Assembly: GCA_963709345.1 (NCBI GenBank)
Contig: CAVPVX010000002.1
Coordinates: forward strand, 372,978 to 436,977
Length of the DNA: 64,000 nt
From: an uncultured Actinomycetes bacterium
GTDB lineage: Bacteria; Actinomycetota; Thermoleophilia; UBA2241
Direction of reading: 5' to 3'
This document shows, one piece after another, positions 1 to 10,474 of the stretch. The position numbers were made by a program, and so were the translations under genes. How positions within the stretch are numbered: the stretch's first letter is position 1; each line of letters begins with the position of its first letter. Below the pieces are notes generated by a model, which was not told the origin of the DNA, searched no databases, and worked only from the letters and a program-made list of their open reading frames with translations.

Positions 1-158
1 GCCAGACCTGCGACGCGGAGTTCGTCAAGCAGGCGGAGTGGCTTGACCACTTGCATGACGAGCACGACGACGCGAGCGCCGGCTGAGTGAGCGCCGGCGC
101 GGCGCGTACACCCGGCGGCCGCGAACCGGCGGCGTCCCAAGCAGGCCGGAGATGACCC

Positions 159-785
159 GTGCCTGAACTCGGCCATGCACGGCCCGCGTCTGAGCCCGGC
201 CGTGAGGCGCTCGCGTGGGCCGGCAGAGCCCCGGTCGTGCCGCAGAAGTGGTTCCTGCGAACGTCGACCCTCCACGGGATCGGCCACACCCAGCGGGTGC
301 ACATCCACGCCCAACGGCTGGCGGCAGAACACGCTTGGAGCGACGCCGACACCCGCCTGGCGCTGCAGGCGGCGCTCTGGCACGACATCGGGCGCACCGA
401 CGACGACGTCGATCCGCACCACGGCGCGGCGTCCGCACTCCGCGCCGCCCGGCTGGGACTCACCGCGCAGCTTTCCGAGACGGACGCCGAGGTAGTCCTC
501 TTCGCCGTCCGCTTCCACTCCCTCTCGGATGAGGAGGCCGTGGAAGCGGCGTGGACCAGCGCAGTGGAACGGGGTCCGGCGTGGCCGGGCTCGGACGCGA
601 GGGCGCGGATCCGTGAGGATCCGGAGCGCGCCCTCGGCATCCTCTGGCTGCTCAAGGACGCCGACGCGCTCGACCGTGTCCGGCTTGCAGAGTGGGAGGC
701 CGCCGACCCGGATCAGCTTCGCCTGCCGGGCTCCGAACGGCTGCTGCCGTTCGCCGCCGAGCTCTACAAGGCCGTCAAGGCCTGA
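159..785 (+). CDS. HD-domain metal-dependent phosphohydrolase
   Basis: HGIGHTQRV, ALWHDIGR, HHG and LKDADALDRVR motifs of the HD superfamily. Confidence 0.8.
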   Translation: MPELGHARPASEPGREALAWAGRAPVVPQKWFLRTSTLHGIGHTQRVHIHAQRLAAEHAWSDADTRLALQAALWHDIGRTDDDVDPHHGAASALRAARLGLTAQLSETDAEVVLFAVRFHSLSDEEAVEAAWTSAVERGPAWPGSDARARIREDPERALGILWLLKDADALDRVRLAEWEAADPDQLRLPGSERLLPFAAELYKAVKA

Positions 786-952
786 CGCGGGCCCAGCCCC
801 GAGTTGTGCCGGCGGCGGCACGTCGGCTCGCCCTCGCACGCGCCGCCCCACGGCGGCCAACGTCACCTCTCGTAACCCTCGTCGCGGGCGCGCGCGCCTG
901 CTACCGTCGATGACCGCCCCGGGGCACGCGGCGTGCGCCCGGCGCACCGACG

Positions 953-3910
953 ATGAGCACACGCAGCCACACCTCAGGAACAACCGGCTTCGGCGCCGCC
1001 GCAGGCGCGCAGCCGAAGCTCGTCCTCTTCAACGTGACGGGCCGCCGCGAGCTCGCGCAGCGAGCGGCGGCGGCCGCCCCCGGCGTCCACCTCGTTCCGC
1101 GCAAGTCGTGGACCGACGACCCGGGCGAGCCCCGGCGCCCCCTGCTCGGGCGCCGCGAGCCGGCCGTCGGGATGTGGTTGTGGAGCGGCGCCGAGGACGA
1201 GTTCATCGCCCAGGCGCGCGCTGTCCTGCTGCGCTTCGTGCACCCGCTGGTCGCCCGGGACCTACCGTACTGCCTGGGCTTCCCCTTCGGTCCGGGACTG
1301 CTCGCGCCCCGCGGCCTGGGCTTCGCCGACGTTGCGCTCCTCGACCTCGAGGACATCGGCCGGCTGCTCGGCGTCTCGCCGCCGGACTCCTCGCCGGCCG
1401 CACTCCCACCGCCCGGCCCCCCGCCGGCCGTCGCTCTCGCGCCGGGCTCCCCGCCGGCAGGCCCCTCGCCGGCCACCGCTTCGCCACCGGGCTGCACTCC
1501 GGCCCCGCCGAGCCCTGACGGCGTCCGCCTCGACGCCGCCCAGCGCGCCGCGGTGGACCACGCGCGCGGCCCGGCACGCGTTCTCGCCCCGGCGGGCTCA
1601 GGCAAGACCAAGACTCTGGTCAGCCGCGTCGCCGAACTGGTGGAGCGCGGCGTCGACCCTGCCGGGATCCTGCTCCTCGCCTTCAATCGCAAGGCCGCGG
1701 AGCAGCTCGAGGAGCGGCTGGCGGCCATGGGCATCGCCACCACTCGCCGGCTTGGGTCGCCGGCGCCGGGCGACGGGCAGCGCCCGGGTCCCGGCGCTCG
1801 CGGGAGCCGGGCGGCCGCGCGGCGGGCGTCCGGGCGACGGTCCTCCGGACGCCGCATGGCCGGATGTCGGCAGGCCGGCTGCGCCTCGGACGCTCCGGCC
1901 GGCGCCCGCCCGGTGCCCGACCGCCCGCCCGGAGTGCACTGCGCCACCTTCAACGCATTCGGGTACCGCTACCAGCGCGAGGTCCTCCACGCGCGCTTCA
2001 CCCTCGACCTCGACGGTTCCGCGCTGCGCGCCCTGATGAAGCGCGCCATGGCCGCCGCGGGCGTATCGCTCGCCGAGCTGAGGCCGGCGCGCGGGAGCGA
2101 CCCCGTGGGCGCGTTTCTGGGCGGCCTCACGCGCGTGCGCGCCGCCCTCGAGCCGCCCGAGTCGGTCGAGATCCTGGTCGAATCCATCGGCGATACGCCG
2201 CTGATCCAGGTGCCGTTTGCGTCGGCGCACGAGCAGTTCACCCGCCTCCAGGCGACGGCCGGCTGCCAGTCGTTCGACGACCAGATCTACCTCGCCGTCG
2301 CCGACATGCTCGCCGATCCTGCGCACCGCGCCTTCATCGAGGGGCGCTTCGACCACGTCCTGGTCGACGAGTTCCAGGATCTGAACGGCGCGCAGCTCGC
2401 CCTCGTCGACGTGCTGTCGCGGCCGAGCCGCGACCTCTTCGTCGTCGGTGACGACGACCAGCTCATCTACGGGTGGCGCCACGCCGACCCGCGCGGCATC
2501 CTCGAGTTCCACGAGCGCATGCCGCCGCGGCCGTGGTCGACCACCTACACGCTGTGCACCAACTACCGCTGCTCGCGGGCGGTGGTCGAGTCCGGCGCCC
2601 GGCTCGTAGCCAACAACGTCGTGCGCGAGGCCAAGGATATCCGGCCGCGCGCCGGCGCCCACGAGGGCTCCGTCCGCTTCGCCGGCGCACCCTCGTGGCC
2701 CGAGCGCGCAACCGCCATGTGCGACTTCCTCCGCGGGGAGAAGTCGCGCCTCGCCTGCGAGTGGCGCGATCTCGCCGTCCTCTGCCGCTATCGCTCGCAG
2801 CAGATCGTCGTGGCGCTCGCGCTGGATGCCGCCGCCGTGCCGCGGTCACCGCTGCTGGGGTACCGGCTGTTCACCCACCCCGCCGCCGCGCTGCTGCGCG
2901 CCTACATCGACCTCGTGCTGGCTCCGGACGCGATCCCGTCGGCCGCGGTGGCGCTGCTGCTCAACCGACCCAACCGGTATCTCAGCAACGTCTGCGTGGA
3001 GGCGGCCGGGACCACCTCACAGCCGTGGGCGCACCTGCAGACGAGCGCGGCCGGAGAGCCTGCGGCCGGGCCGCGGCCGCTCTCGACCCTCGTGGCTCAG
3101 GTCGAGCGGTTGGGCGCCGAGCTGCGCGGCGCGGCGCCCGACGGACTGCGCGGCGCGGCGCCCGGCGATCGCGCCGACGGCGCGCCGCTCACGGCCGAGC
3201 ATCTCGTCTGGGCGGTCGTCGACGAGTTCGGCCTGGAGGACCACTGGGAGGCCGAGAGCGATCCGGCGGCCGCGCCGTCCGGCGGGGAACGCCACGCGGC
3301 GGAGCCCCTCCAGGTTCTGGACACCATCGTGCTCCTCGCCGAGACGTACCCGGATCCGCGCGCGCATCTGGCCGCCTGGGACCGCCTTCTCGCCGACGAG
3401 GAGGCGCACGAGGGCATGACCGACGACACCCTGGCGCGCGAGGAGGCCGAGGAGGATCGCGTCGTGATCGGCACGATCCACGCGGCCAAAGGCCGCGAGT
3501 ACCACGCGGTCGTCGTCCCCGACTACGACTGCGACGTCTCGCGCTGGGAGAAGGCCGAGATCGAGGAGGAGAGGCGGGTCGTCTACGTCGGGGTCACCCG
3601 GGCCCGCGACACGGCGTTGTTCACCGTCGACACGTCACAGCCCTACGTGCACCCCTTCCTCCGCGAGCTGGTCGAGCCGCCGGAACCGGATGAGCACGCG
3701 GCGCTCAGCGCGAGGATCGAGGATGACGGCGCGGCAGCCGACGCCGATCACCGAAGGACGGCCGAGCGTCTCGCGGAGATCGAGGTACTGTTCCCCGAAC
3801 TGGTCACCGAACCGGCTCCGGATCTGGTCGCGGATCCGGCTACGGATCTGGTGGCGAATCTGGCACCGGATCTGCGACCGGGCCAAGGCCCCCCGGCGAC
3901 GGCAGGCTAA
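953..3910 (+). CDS. UvrD/PcrA-like SF1 ATP-dependent DNA helicase with extra N-terminal domain
   Basis: Walker A APAGSGKT, LLLAFNRKAA, LVDEFQD, VGDDDQLIYGWR, TNYRCS, TIHAAKGREY and EERRVVYVGVTRA. Confidence 0.9.
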   Translation: MSTRSHTSGTTGFGAAAGAQPKLVLFNVTGRRELAQRAAAAAPGVHLVPRKSWTDDPGEPRRPLLGRREPAVGMWLWSGAEDEFIAQARAVLLRFVHPLVARDLPYCLGFPFGPGLLAPRGLGFADVALLDLEDIGRLLGVSPPDSSPAALPPPGPPPAVALAPGSPPAGPSPATASPPGCTPAPPSPDGVRLDAAQRAAVDHARGPARVLAPAGSGKTKTLVSRVAELVERGVDPAGILLLAFNRKAAEQLEERLAAMGIATTRRLGSPAPGDGQRPGPGARGSRAAARRASGRRSSGRRMAGCRQAGCASDAPAGARPVPDRPPGVHCATFNAFGYRYQREVLHARFTLDLDGSALRALMKRAMAAAGVSLAELRPARGSDPVGAFLGGLTRVRAALEPPESVEILVESIGDTPLIQVPFASAHEQFTRLQATAGCQSFDDQIYLAVADMLADPAHRAFIEGRFDHVLVDEFQDLNGAQLALVDVLSRPSRDLFVVGDDDQLIYGWRHADPRGILEFHERMPPRPWSTTYTLCTNYRCSRAVVESGARLVANNVVREAKDIRPRAGAHEGSVRFAGAPSWPERATAMCDFLRGEKSRLACEWRDLAVLCRYRSQQIVVALALDAAAVPRSPLLGYRLFTHPAAALLRAYIDLVLAPDAIPSAAVALLLNRPNRYLSNVCVEAAGTTSQPWAHLQTSAAGEPAAGPRPLSTLVAQVERLGAELRGAAPDGLRGAAPGDRADGAPLTAEHLVWAVVDEFGLEDHWEAESDPAAAPSGGERHAAEPLQVLDTIVLLAETYPDPRAHLAAWDRLLADEEAHEGMTDDTLAREEAEEDRVVIGTIHAAKGREYHAVVVPDYDCDVSRWEKAEIEEERRVVYVGVTRARDTALFTVDTSQPYVHPFLRELVEPPEPDEHAALSARIEDDGAAADADHRRTAERLAEIEVLFPELVTEPAPDLVADPATDLVANLAPDLRPGQGPPATAG
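3812..3875 (+). repeat. Degenerate 24-bp tandem repeat in the helicase C-terminus (PAPDLVAD/PATDLVAN/LAPDL)
   Basis: ccggctccggatctggtcgcggat / ccggctacggatctggtggcgaat / ctggcaccggatctg. Confidence 0.7.
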
Positions 3911-5499
3911 CGCGGCCAGAATCGCGAGGAGGGCTCCGGCGGCTGGATGAAGTGCTTCGCCTTGGGCTCGCTGCCGAGCCCCAGGTAGGCCCACACGTCT
4001 TCCTGCAACTCCAGGTCGGTGACCGTACGACGCTGGTGCTGCCGCATGTGCTCGTCCCAGCTGGGCAGCACGAAGGTCTCGATGTAGCGGTTGTCCCGGT
4101 CCGCGTCGCGGTACACCGACCAGTCGGTGGCGCCGGTGCGGCGGCGCGCCCGGCCGACAAGGCGAAGGGCGCGAAGGAAGTCGTCCTCGCTCTCCGGCCG
4201 CACATCGTAGGAGACGACCACCAGCACCGGGCTGCTCGTCTCGTCGCCGACGACGAGTCCCGCCTCCGGTGCGGCCATCGGCGCCGGACGCAGGTCCACT
4301 TCCGCGATCCTGTCGAAGCGCCAGCGCCAGGCGAGCGCCAACGTCACAACCACTGCGAGCGCTCCCCAGGCATAGGTGCCCTGAGAGCCGACGACGTTGG
4401 CGAGCCTGCCCCAGGCGGCGCTGCCGAGAGCTATGCCCGCCGAGATCGCCGTCAGGTAGAAGGCCAGGCCGCGGGCGCGCACCCAGCCTGGCAGCATTTC
4501 CTGCGAGGCGACGTTGAGCGTCGACAGGCAGAACAGCCAGCCGACCCCGGCGACCACGCTGACGATGATCGCCGCCGCGAGGCCGTCCACCAGCGCCAGC
4601 GCCCCCAGCGCGAGAGCGACGAGCACGCTGCCGGCTGCGAACACGCCGTCGGCGCTCAGACGCTCCCGCACGCGCGGGATCACGGCGGCGGTCGCTACCG
4701 CCCCGCCGCCGATCGCCGCGTAGAGCAGGCCGAGACCGCCGGAGCCCACCCCGAGCACCTGCTTGGCGTACACGGGCAGCAGCGAGAGCAGGCCGGCGCT
4801 TGCCGCTCCGAACGCGAACGAGCGCACCAGCACGCCGTGCAGGACGTGCGAGAACATGGCGTAACGGACGCCGGCGCGGACCGCCCCGGCGAAGCGTTCG
4901 GGCGGTCCAACGTCCTCCTCGACGGGGCGCCGCCAGCGCCACAGCACGGCGAGGACGAAGGCGAAGGATGCGGCGTTGAGCGCGAAGACCAGCCAAGCGC
5001 CGGCGGCGGCGATCAGCAGGCCGCCGACCGCCGGGCCTATCGCCCGGCCGAGATTGATGTTGGCGCCGCCGAGCGTGACCGCCTGCTTGAGCTCGTCGCG
5101 GGGCACCAGTTCCGGCTGGATCGCCTGCCAGGCCGGGTAGTTGAACGCCATCCCGAGCCCGATGGCGAAGGTGAAGCCGAGAAGTGAGAGCGGCGTGACG
5201 ACGCCGAGCGCCGTGAGCGCCGCCAGGCCGGCGGCCGCCACGAACATGACCGCTTGCGTGACCAGCAGCAGGCGGCGGCGCTCGACCAGGTCGGCAACGG
5301 CCCCCGCGGCCACGCCGACCAGCACCACCGGCAGGTAGGTCGCCGTCTGCACCAGAGCGACGACGGCCGGCGAGGCGTCCAGCTCGACCATGAGCCACGC
5401 CGCGCCGACCGCCTGCATCCAGCTGCCGATGTTGGACGCCAGAAGGGCGATCCACAGGTACCGGTAGACCTTGTACTGAAACGGCGACCAAGCCGACAT
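3907..5499 (-). CDS. MFS transporter (MFS_3 type) with C-terminal soluble domain
   Basis: About 12 hydrophobic segments, GAVADLVERRRLL motif A and a C-terminal RRRTGATDWSVYRD domain; ends in TAG. Confidence 0.88.
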   Translation of the reverse strand: MSAWSPFQYKVYRYLWIALLASNIGSWMQAVGAAWLMVELDASPAVVALVQTATYLPVVLVGVAAGAVADLVERRRLLLVTQAVMFVAAAGLAALTALGVVTPLSLLGFTFAIGLGMAFNYPAWQAIQPELVPRDELKQAVTLGGANINLGRAIGPAVGGLLIAAAGAWLVFALNAASFAFVLAVLWRWRRPVEEDVGPPERFAGAVRAGVRYAMFSHVLHGVLVRSFAFGAASAGLLSLLPVYAKQVLGVGSGGLGLLYAAIGGGAVATAAVIPRVRERLSADGVFAAGSVLVALALGALALVDGLAAAIIVSVVAGVGWLFCLSTLNVASQEMLPGWVRARGLAFYLTAISAGIALGSAAWGRLANVVGSQGTYAWGALAVVVTLALAWRWRFDRIAEVDLRPAPMAAPEAGLVVGDETSSPVLVVVSYDVRPESEDDFLRALRLVGRARRRTGATDWSVYRDADRDNRYIETFVLPSWDEHMRQHQRRTVTDLELQEDVWAYLGLGSEPKAKHFIQPPEPSSRFWPR

Positions 5500-5749
5500 A
5501 CGTCCACCCTATCGCACCGGCTACTTCCTCTGCCTTTCGCTTCTTCTCGATGATCACGTTCGCCATGAACACCGCCGACGGCTTGGCCGACTCCACATCC
5601 GCCAGGTCGAGATCCGCGCAGTCCGCACGCATGTCGGCCGCCACGGAACGCCCTTTTCGGCGAAGTACGACGCGGCCGTGCTGCGGCGCTGCATCTGGAA
5701 GCCGATGCCCTCCTGGAGCGGCTCGAGCGCATCGGGCTCGAATAGAACG

Positions 5750-5789
5750 AGCCCGGCCCGGCGGCGCATCCGCGCCGCCGGGCCGGGCT
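5750..5789 (-). terminator. GC-rich hairpin after the dodecin gene
   Basis: Perfect 18-bp inverted repeat agcccggcccggcggcgc-atcc-gcgccgccgggccgggct. Confidence 0.65.
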
Positions 5790-5799
5790 GTCTGGCTCG

Positions 5800-6015
5800 T
5801 CAGACCATCTCGTGGTACTTGTACGAGATCTTGACCTTGGCCCGGTATGCGACGATCTGCTTGTCGTCGATCTTCATGTCGAACTCGACGACCTGCGCGA
5901 TCCTCAGATCCTCGCGGTGGATACCGGCCTTGGTGACGGCGTTCCTGGCCGCCTCTTCCCATGAAGTCGGGCTCGAGCCGATGACTTCCATGACCCTGTA
6001 GACGCTGTCCGACAT
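5800..6015 (-). CDS. Dodecin family protein
   Basis: 71 aa; SVYRVMEVIGSSPTSWEEAARNAV and YRAKVKISYKY match the dodecin pattern. Confidence 0.88.
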   Translation of the reverse strand: MSDSVYRVMEVIGSSPTSWEEAARNAVTKAGIHREDLRIAQVVEFDMKIDDKQIVAYRAKVKISYKYHEMV

Positions 6016-6044
6016 CGCGACTCATTCGTTGGTGAGACTCGGGT

Positions 6045-7053
6045 GATGACGCACTATTGCCACGATCGGCGGATTCGGAACGTGCGCGGCACGCGAGCGT
6101 CACGGTGACTCCCGCGCAAGCTCGACGAGCGCGGCCTCCTCTGCCCGGCGTTCGTGGACCCCGAGACGAGATACCGCTACTACGACCACACGTAGATCCG
6201 CCGCGCCGGCCCCATCCACCTGTACCGGCAACTCGGCCTCCCCATGAGCGAGATCCGGGACCTGCTGCTCACCACCGATCCCGGCTCGCTTCGACAACAC
6301 CTCGAGCAGCACCGGACCCGGATCACGCCCCGGCTCGCTGAGGTCGACGGCACGACTCCAGACCCCGAAGGCGGCAAGATCGAGTGCGCGCCCGGCACTG
6401 CAGGCACCCGGGGTAACCCCTACAGAACGCCGTCGGGCACCCCGCGCGAGAGCGCGGCCGGCCTGGTCACAGACGTGTTCCCCGACTACACCGTCGCCCA
6501 GTACAAGCAGGGCATCCCCTTCCTCCAGAAGAACGCAGCGGGTCCGCTGGGGATCACCGGCGTGTTCGATCCGTGGCTCGCTGTGGACAGCCCTGCCGTC
6601 AAGGCCTACCAGCGACTCGCCGACGCCGGCAGACTCAAGATGCGCGTTCGTGGCGCTCTCGGCATCGAGCCGGACGACCACATCGCCGCCTGGTTGACGA
6701 AGGCCAAGGCCGAGTACGCGAATCACAGAGGCGGCCTGTTCAAGACGAAGGACGTCAGGTTCTTTGCCGACGGCGTCATCGAGGGCCACGCGGGCTACCT
6801 CAAGGAGCCCTACGCCGACGCGCTCGAGGCCGCCCGCGCCATCAACGGCGCCCGCGACTGGCGCCCGGGCATCACGCACCTGCAGCTCGTCGACCCGATC
6901 GACTGCCGGCGCTTCGCCGAGCTGGGAGTCACTGCGGTGCCACAGCCGCACCGGTTCCTGAGAGACGACTGCTACTGGTACCTGCAGTTGCCGTATCTTG
7001 GGAAAGACCGGGCCGACGGCGAGCACCGGATGAAGCGACGATCGGGCGTGTGA
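6045..7053 (+). pseudogene. Degenerate MerR-type HTH remnant fused to an internally deleted amidohydrolase-3 remnant
   Basis: The frame from 6121 reads LDERGLLCPAFVDPETRYRYYDHT*IRRAGPIHLYRQLGLPMSEIRDLL (MerR-like, TAG at 6193-6195). It continues into TPDPEGGKIE, GITGVFDP, FFADGVIEG, YLKEPYAD and ITHLQLV (amidohydrolase 3), lacking the N-terminal HxH motif and the C-terminus. Confidence 0.65.
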
Positions 7054-7278
7054 CGAGGGCAGGTGGCCTCTTGGGCCACCTGCCCTTCGTGCGTCCACGC
7101 CTCCGTCAAGTACACGAACATCTGTCCGCCTCGCCTGTTACGGTACCGTCGAACGCCGCCGCGGGCCGCGGCTGCCGCCCACACGGCGCCGTCGCGATCC
7201 GGTCGCTGCAGACCCTTCTGGTCGCCTGGCTGCGCGGCGGCGTTCGTAGCCCTGCATCGACGACCAGAGGGAGGCGCC

Positions 7279-7665
7279 ATGACCACCATCCCCCCGGACA
7301 CCGAGAACACGGCCCGCCGGCACAGCCCACCCGGCAGCGTCCGGCTGTGCTCCTGCAGCCCCACCCGCGGCCCGGCCCGCCGGGCCGTCAGCGCCCTGGC
7401 CGTCGACGAAGAGCTCGTCTGGGTGACGCTCGTGCCCTCCATACCGCTCGGAGCCACCCGCCCGGCGTCCGCCGGGGACCTCGTCGACTTGAGCCTCCAG
7501 CTCTCGGAGGACTTCGCCGCCGCCCTCGGCGCCGCGCTCGAGTCCGGCTTCAGCGACGACGACCTCGTCGACGCCGCCGCGAGGGCGGTCGCCGGCCACC
7601 TCTCCGATCTGCCCGAGCTCCCGTTCATCGGCGAGCCCTTCGGCGGCGAGGAGGGGACCGACTAG
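7279..7665 (+). CDS. Hypothetical protein (128 aa, acidic C-terminus)
   Basis: GGAGG RBS before ATG 7279 and coding-like codon usage; no family recognised. Confidence 0.6.
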   Translation: MTTIPPDTENTARRHSPPGSVRLCSCSPTRGPARRAVSALAVDEELVWVTLVPSIPLGATRPASAGDLVDLSLQLSEDFAAALGAALESGFSDDDLVDAAARAVAGHLSDLPELPFIGEPFGGEEGTD

Positions 7666-7962
7666 CGCCGCGTCCGGCGGGCCTCCGGGCAGGTCGATTC
7701 GGCCTGCATCAGCCACAGGTCGCTCAAGCAGCCGAGGGTCTGCGCCGAGGCTGTAGAAGGAGTGACCGGCAACCATGGAGACGCGCTAACGGAGACGCGC
7801 CGGCCGCCGATCCGTCACCCAGCCGATGTTGGGTTTCCTCGGCCACCGGCGTAGAGTCAGGTAGAGGCCCAGCTCAGGCCAGGCGATCCGGAGCCCAGCA
7901 CACATGACCCACAGCCCCCACAACGACCCTCGGCCCAACTTACCCGTGCGCCCGGCCGGCCG

Positions 7963-10455
7963 ATGAGCACCCGCCGCGCAGCGTCGCGGGGCGCCCGTAC
8001 ATCGCGCACAGCGACGGTGACACTCCTCGTCGTCGTCGTCGCCGCCTGCCTCGTCTCCGTCTGGACGGCGCCGCGAGCCAGCGGCGCCGTGCGCGAGTGG
8101 ATGAGCACGCCGGCCGTCGAGACGCGCACGATGGCCGTGCCCGGGGGCGACCTGGACGTGGCGCCCGAGACTCCGGCGGAGTCGCCGAAGGCGGCCGGAG
8201 GCTCGAAGAAGAACGAAGCGGACGCTCCGGCGCCGTCACCCATCACGCTGGATGCCGGCATGCGGTTCACCATGGCCGGCGTCGTGTGCGACGTCCCCGG
8301 CACGGACGGCGCCGTCTCGCTGCGCCTCCGCGCCAGCCTGGACGGCACGGAGTGGACTGACTGGGTGGAGACGCCTCTGGAGGTTGCGAACGAGGAGGGC
8401 GTCGAGCCCGTCGCGTTCACCGATCCCCTCTGGACCGGCTCCGCCCGATACGTTCAGATCAGCGCGTCCTCCGGCGCCGAGGCCGCGCCGGCGGAGCTCA
8501 CGGGTGCTCGCCTGGTCGTCATCGATCCTACGGAAGACGCCGATGTAGTGACGCGCGTCCTCAGCGGTGTGCGCCGGTTCGCGGCCACCGTCGCCGGCGT
8601 GAGCCTGGTACCGCCGGCCTCGGCCGCGACCGCCGTCCCCGCGATCGTCACCCGATCGCAGTGGGGCGCCGACGAGTCCCTGCGTTCGGGATCGCCGTCC
8701 TACGCCACCGTCAAAACGGCCTTCGTCCACCACACCGCCAGCGGGAACACCTACGCCCCCGCCGACTCCGCCGCTCTCATGCGCGGCATCTACGCCTACC
8801 ACACGAAGAGCCTCGGCTGGAGCGACATCGGCTACAACTTCCTGATCGACCGCTACGGGACGATCTTCGAGGGCCGCTACGGCGGCATGACCCGGGGCGT
8901 GATCGGCGCCCAGGTGTACGGCTTCAACACCGGCAGCACCGGGATCTCCGTCATGGGCACGTTCACCAGCGTCGCCCCGCCGGCGGAAGCGCGCGCCGCT
9001 CTGGAGAGGCTCCTCGCCTGGAAACTCGCCACGCACGGCCTCGATCCATCCGGTACGGCCAAGCTCACCTGCGGCGCGACCGACAAGTTCAAGAAGGGCG
9101 CCACCGTCAGCCTACCCGTCATCTCCGGGCACTGCGACGCCAATTACACCGCCTGCCCGGGCGCGAAGTTCTACTCCCTGCTGCCCGCGATCCGCCGTAG
9201 CGTGGCCGGGCGCATCCAGGCGCCGCTCGTCGCGAAGCTCAGCGCCACTGAGGCGCTCATCAGCCCCAACGGCGACGGCTCCCTCGACGCGACCGTCCTC
9301 GGAGCCAAGCTCAGTACGACCGCCGACTGGGAACTCACCGTGCACGACGCCGCGGGCGCCACCGTCGCCTCGTGGTCGGGGCAGGGCACGTCGGCACAGG
9401 TCACGTGGGACGGCTCGGGGGCCTCCGGCGCCACCGTCCCCGACGGCGCCTACACCGTCCAACTCGACGCGTCCTCCGCGCTCGGCGACGCCTTCCCGGC
9501 GACGATGACCATCGCCGTCGACACGGTCGGGCCGCATCTCTCGACCGCCGCCGCCTCCCCCGCCTCGTTCAGCCCCAACGGCGACGGCCGCGACGAGACG
9601 ACTCGCCTCACCTATGTGCCGGCCGAGGCGTGCTCCGTCCGCGTCGGCATCAAGGACGCGGACGGCGTCGTCAGGCGCTGGCTCCACGGCTGGCGGGCAA
9701 AGGGCACCGGCAGCTCGGCGGTCACGTGGGACGGCGCCTTCATCAGCAGCGGCGAGGCGACGCCGGCCGCCGAAGGCCAGTACCGTTTCACGATCGAGCA
9801 CCGCGACGCGGCCTGGAACATCCGCCGTCGCGCCGTCCCGATCACCGTCGACCGCACGCTCGGCTTCCCCACCGCGACTCCCGTGACTCTTTCGCCGAAC
9901 GGCGACGGGCGGTTTGACACCACCTCCATCCGCTTCCGGCTGACGCGCCGCGCAACGGTGACCGTGACCATCCGCCTCGGCGACGAGACGATCCGCACGC
10001 TCGAACTCGGCGCCCTTGCCAAAGGCACGCGCGGCGCCGTCTGGGACGGCAAGACGACAGGCGGCGAAGCCCTGGGCAGCGGCCGCCCGACCTTCATCGT
10101 CACTGCGGTCTCGTCCATGGGAACGACCTCCGTGAACAAAGGCCTCATCGTGGATCTCTACCGGCCGCGGCTCTACGCGACCAAGGGCAGGGCTGTGAGA
10201 CTCGGTGGGACGATCCGGCTCAACTACAGGGCGCACGACCCGTACAGCGCCAAGGTCAACGTGCGGTACGCCATCCGCAACGCCAAGGGTCGCGTCGTCG
10301 CCTCAGCCCGCCCGGGATGGGTGAAGACGGGCACGTCGCTCACGATCAAATGGAAGCCAAAGGTGCGCGGCGTCTACACGGTGGTCTACCGCGCGACCGA
10401 TCGTGGCGCCAATCGGGAACTCAAGCCCGCCACGACACGGGTCACGGTCCGCTGA
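7963..10455 (+). CDS. Secreted N-acetylmuramoyl-L-alanine amidase (amidase_2/PGRP-like) with repeated FlgD-type Ig-like domains
   Basis: N-terminal hydrophobic signal; TRSQWGADE, VHHTAS, GWSDIGYNFLID and GHCD..TACPG motifs; three SPNGDG..D / VTWDG-type repeats. Confidence 0.88.
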   Translation: MSTRRAASRGARTSRTATVTLLVVVVAACLVSVWTAPRASGAVREWMSTPAVETRTMAVPGGDLDVAPETPAESPKAAGGSKKNEADAPAPSPITLDAGMRFTMAGVVCDVPGTDGAVSLRLRASLDGTEWTDWVETPLEVANEEGVEPVAFTDPLWTGSARYVQISASSGAEAAPAELTGARLVVIDPTEDADVVTRVLSGVRRFAATVAGVSLVPPASAATAVPAIVTRSQWGADESLRSGSPSYATVKTAFVHHTASGNTYAPADSAALMRGIYAYHTKSLGWSDIGYNFLIDRYGTIFEGRYGGMTRGVIGAQVYGFNTGSTGISVMGTFTSVAPPAEARAALERLLAWKLATHGLDPSGTAKLTCGATDKFKKGATVSLPVISGHCDANYTACPGAKFYSLLPAIRRSVAGRIQAPLVAKLSATEALISPNGDGSLDATVLGAKLSTTADWELTVHDAAGATVASWSGQGTSAQVTWDGSGASGATVPDGAYTVQLDASSALGDAFPATMTIAVDTVGPHLSTAAASPASFSPNGDGRDETTRLTYVPAEACSVRVGIKDADGVVRRWLHGWRAKGTGSSAVTWDGAFISSGEATPAAEGQYRFTIEHRDAAWNIRRRAVPITVDRTLGFPTATPVTLSPNGDGRFDTTSIRFRLTRRATVTVTIRLGDETIRTLELGALAKGTRGAVWDGKTTGGEALGSGRPTFIVTAVSSMGTTSVNKGLIVDLYRPRLYATKGRAVRLGGTIRLNYRAHDPYSAKVNVRYAIRNAKGRVVASARPGWVKTGTSLTIKWKPKVRGVYTVVYRATDRGANRELKPATTRVTVR

Positions 10456-10474
10456 CCGGCCGGAGCCGTCCGCG

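Noticed and set aside
5500-5745. Coding-like fragment upstream of the MFS (YFAEKG..SAVFMANVIIEKKRK)
   Set aside because: It may be another gene remnant, but I cannot assign a family or a start.
6193-6195. TAG in the MerR remnant as pyrrolysine
   Set aside because: It sits at a Gln-like position in a gene with other lesions; CAG-to-TAG mutation is simpler.
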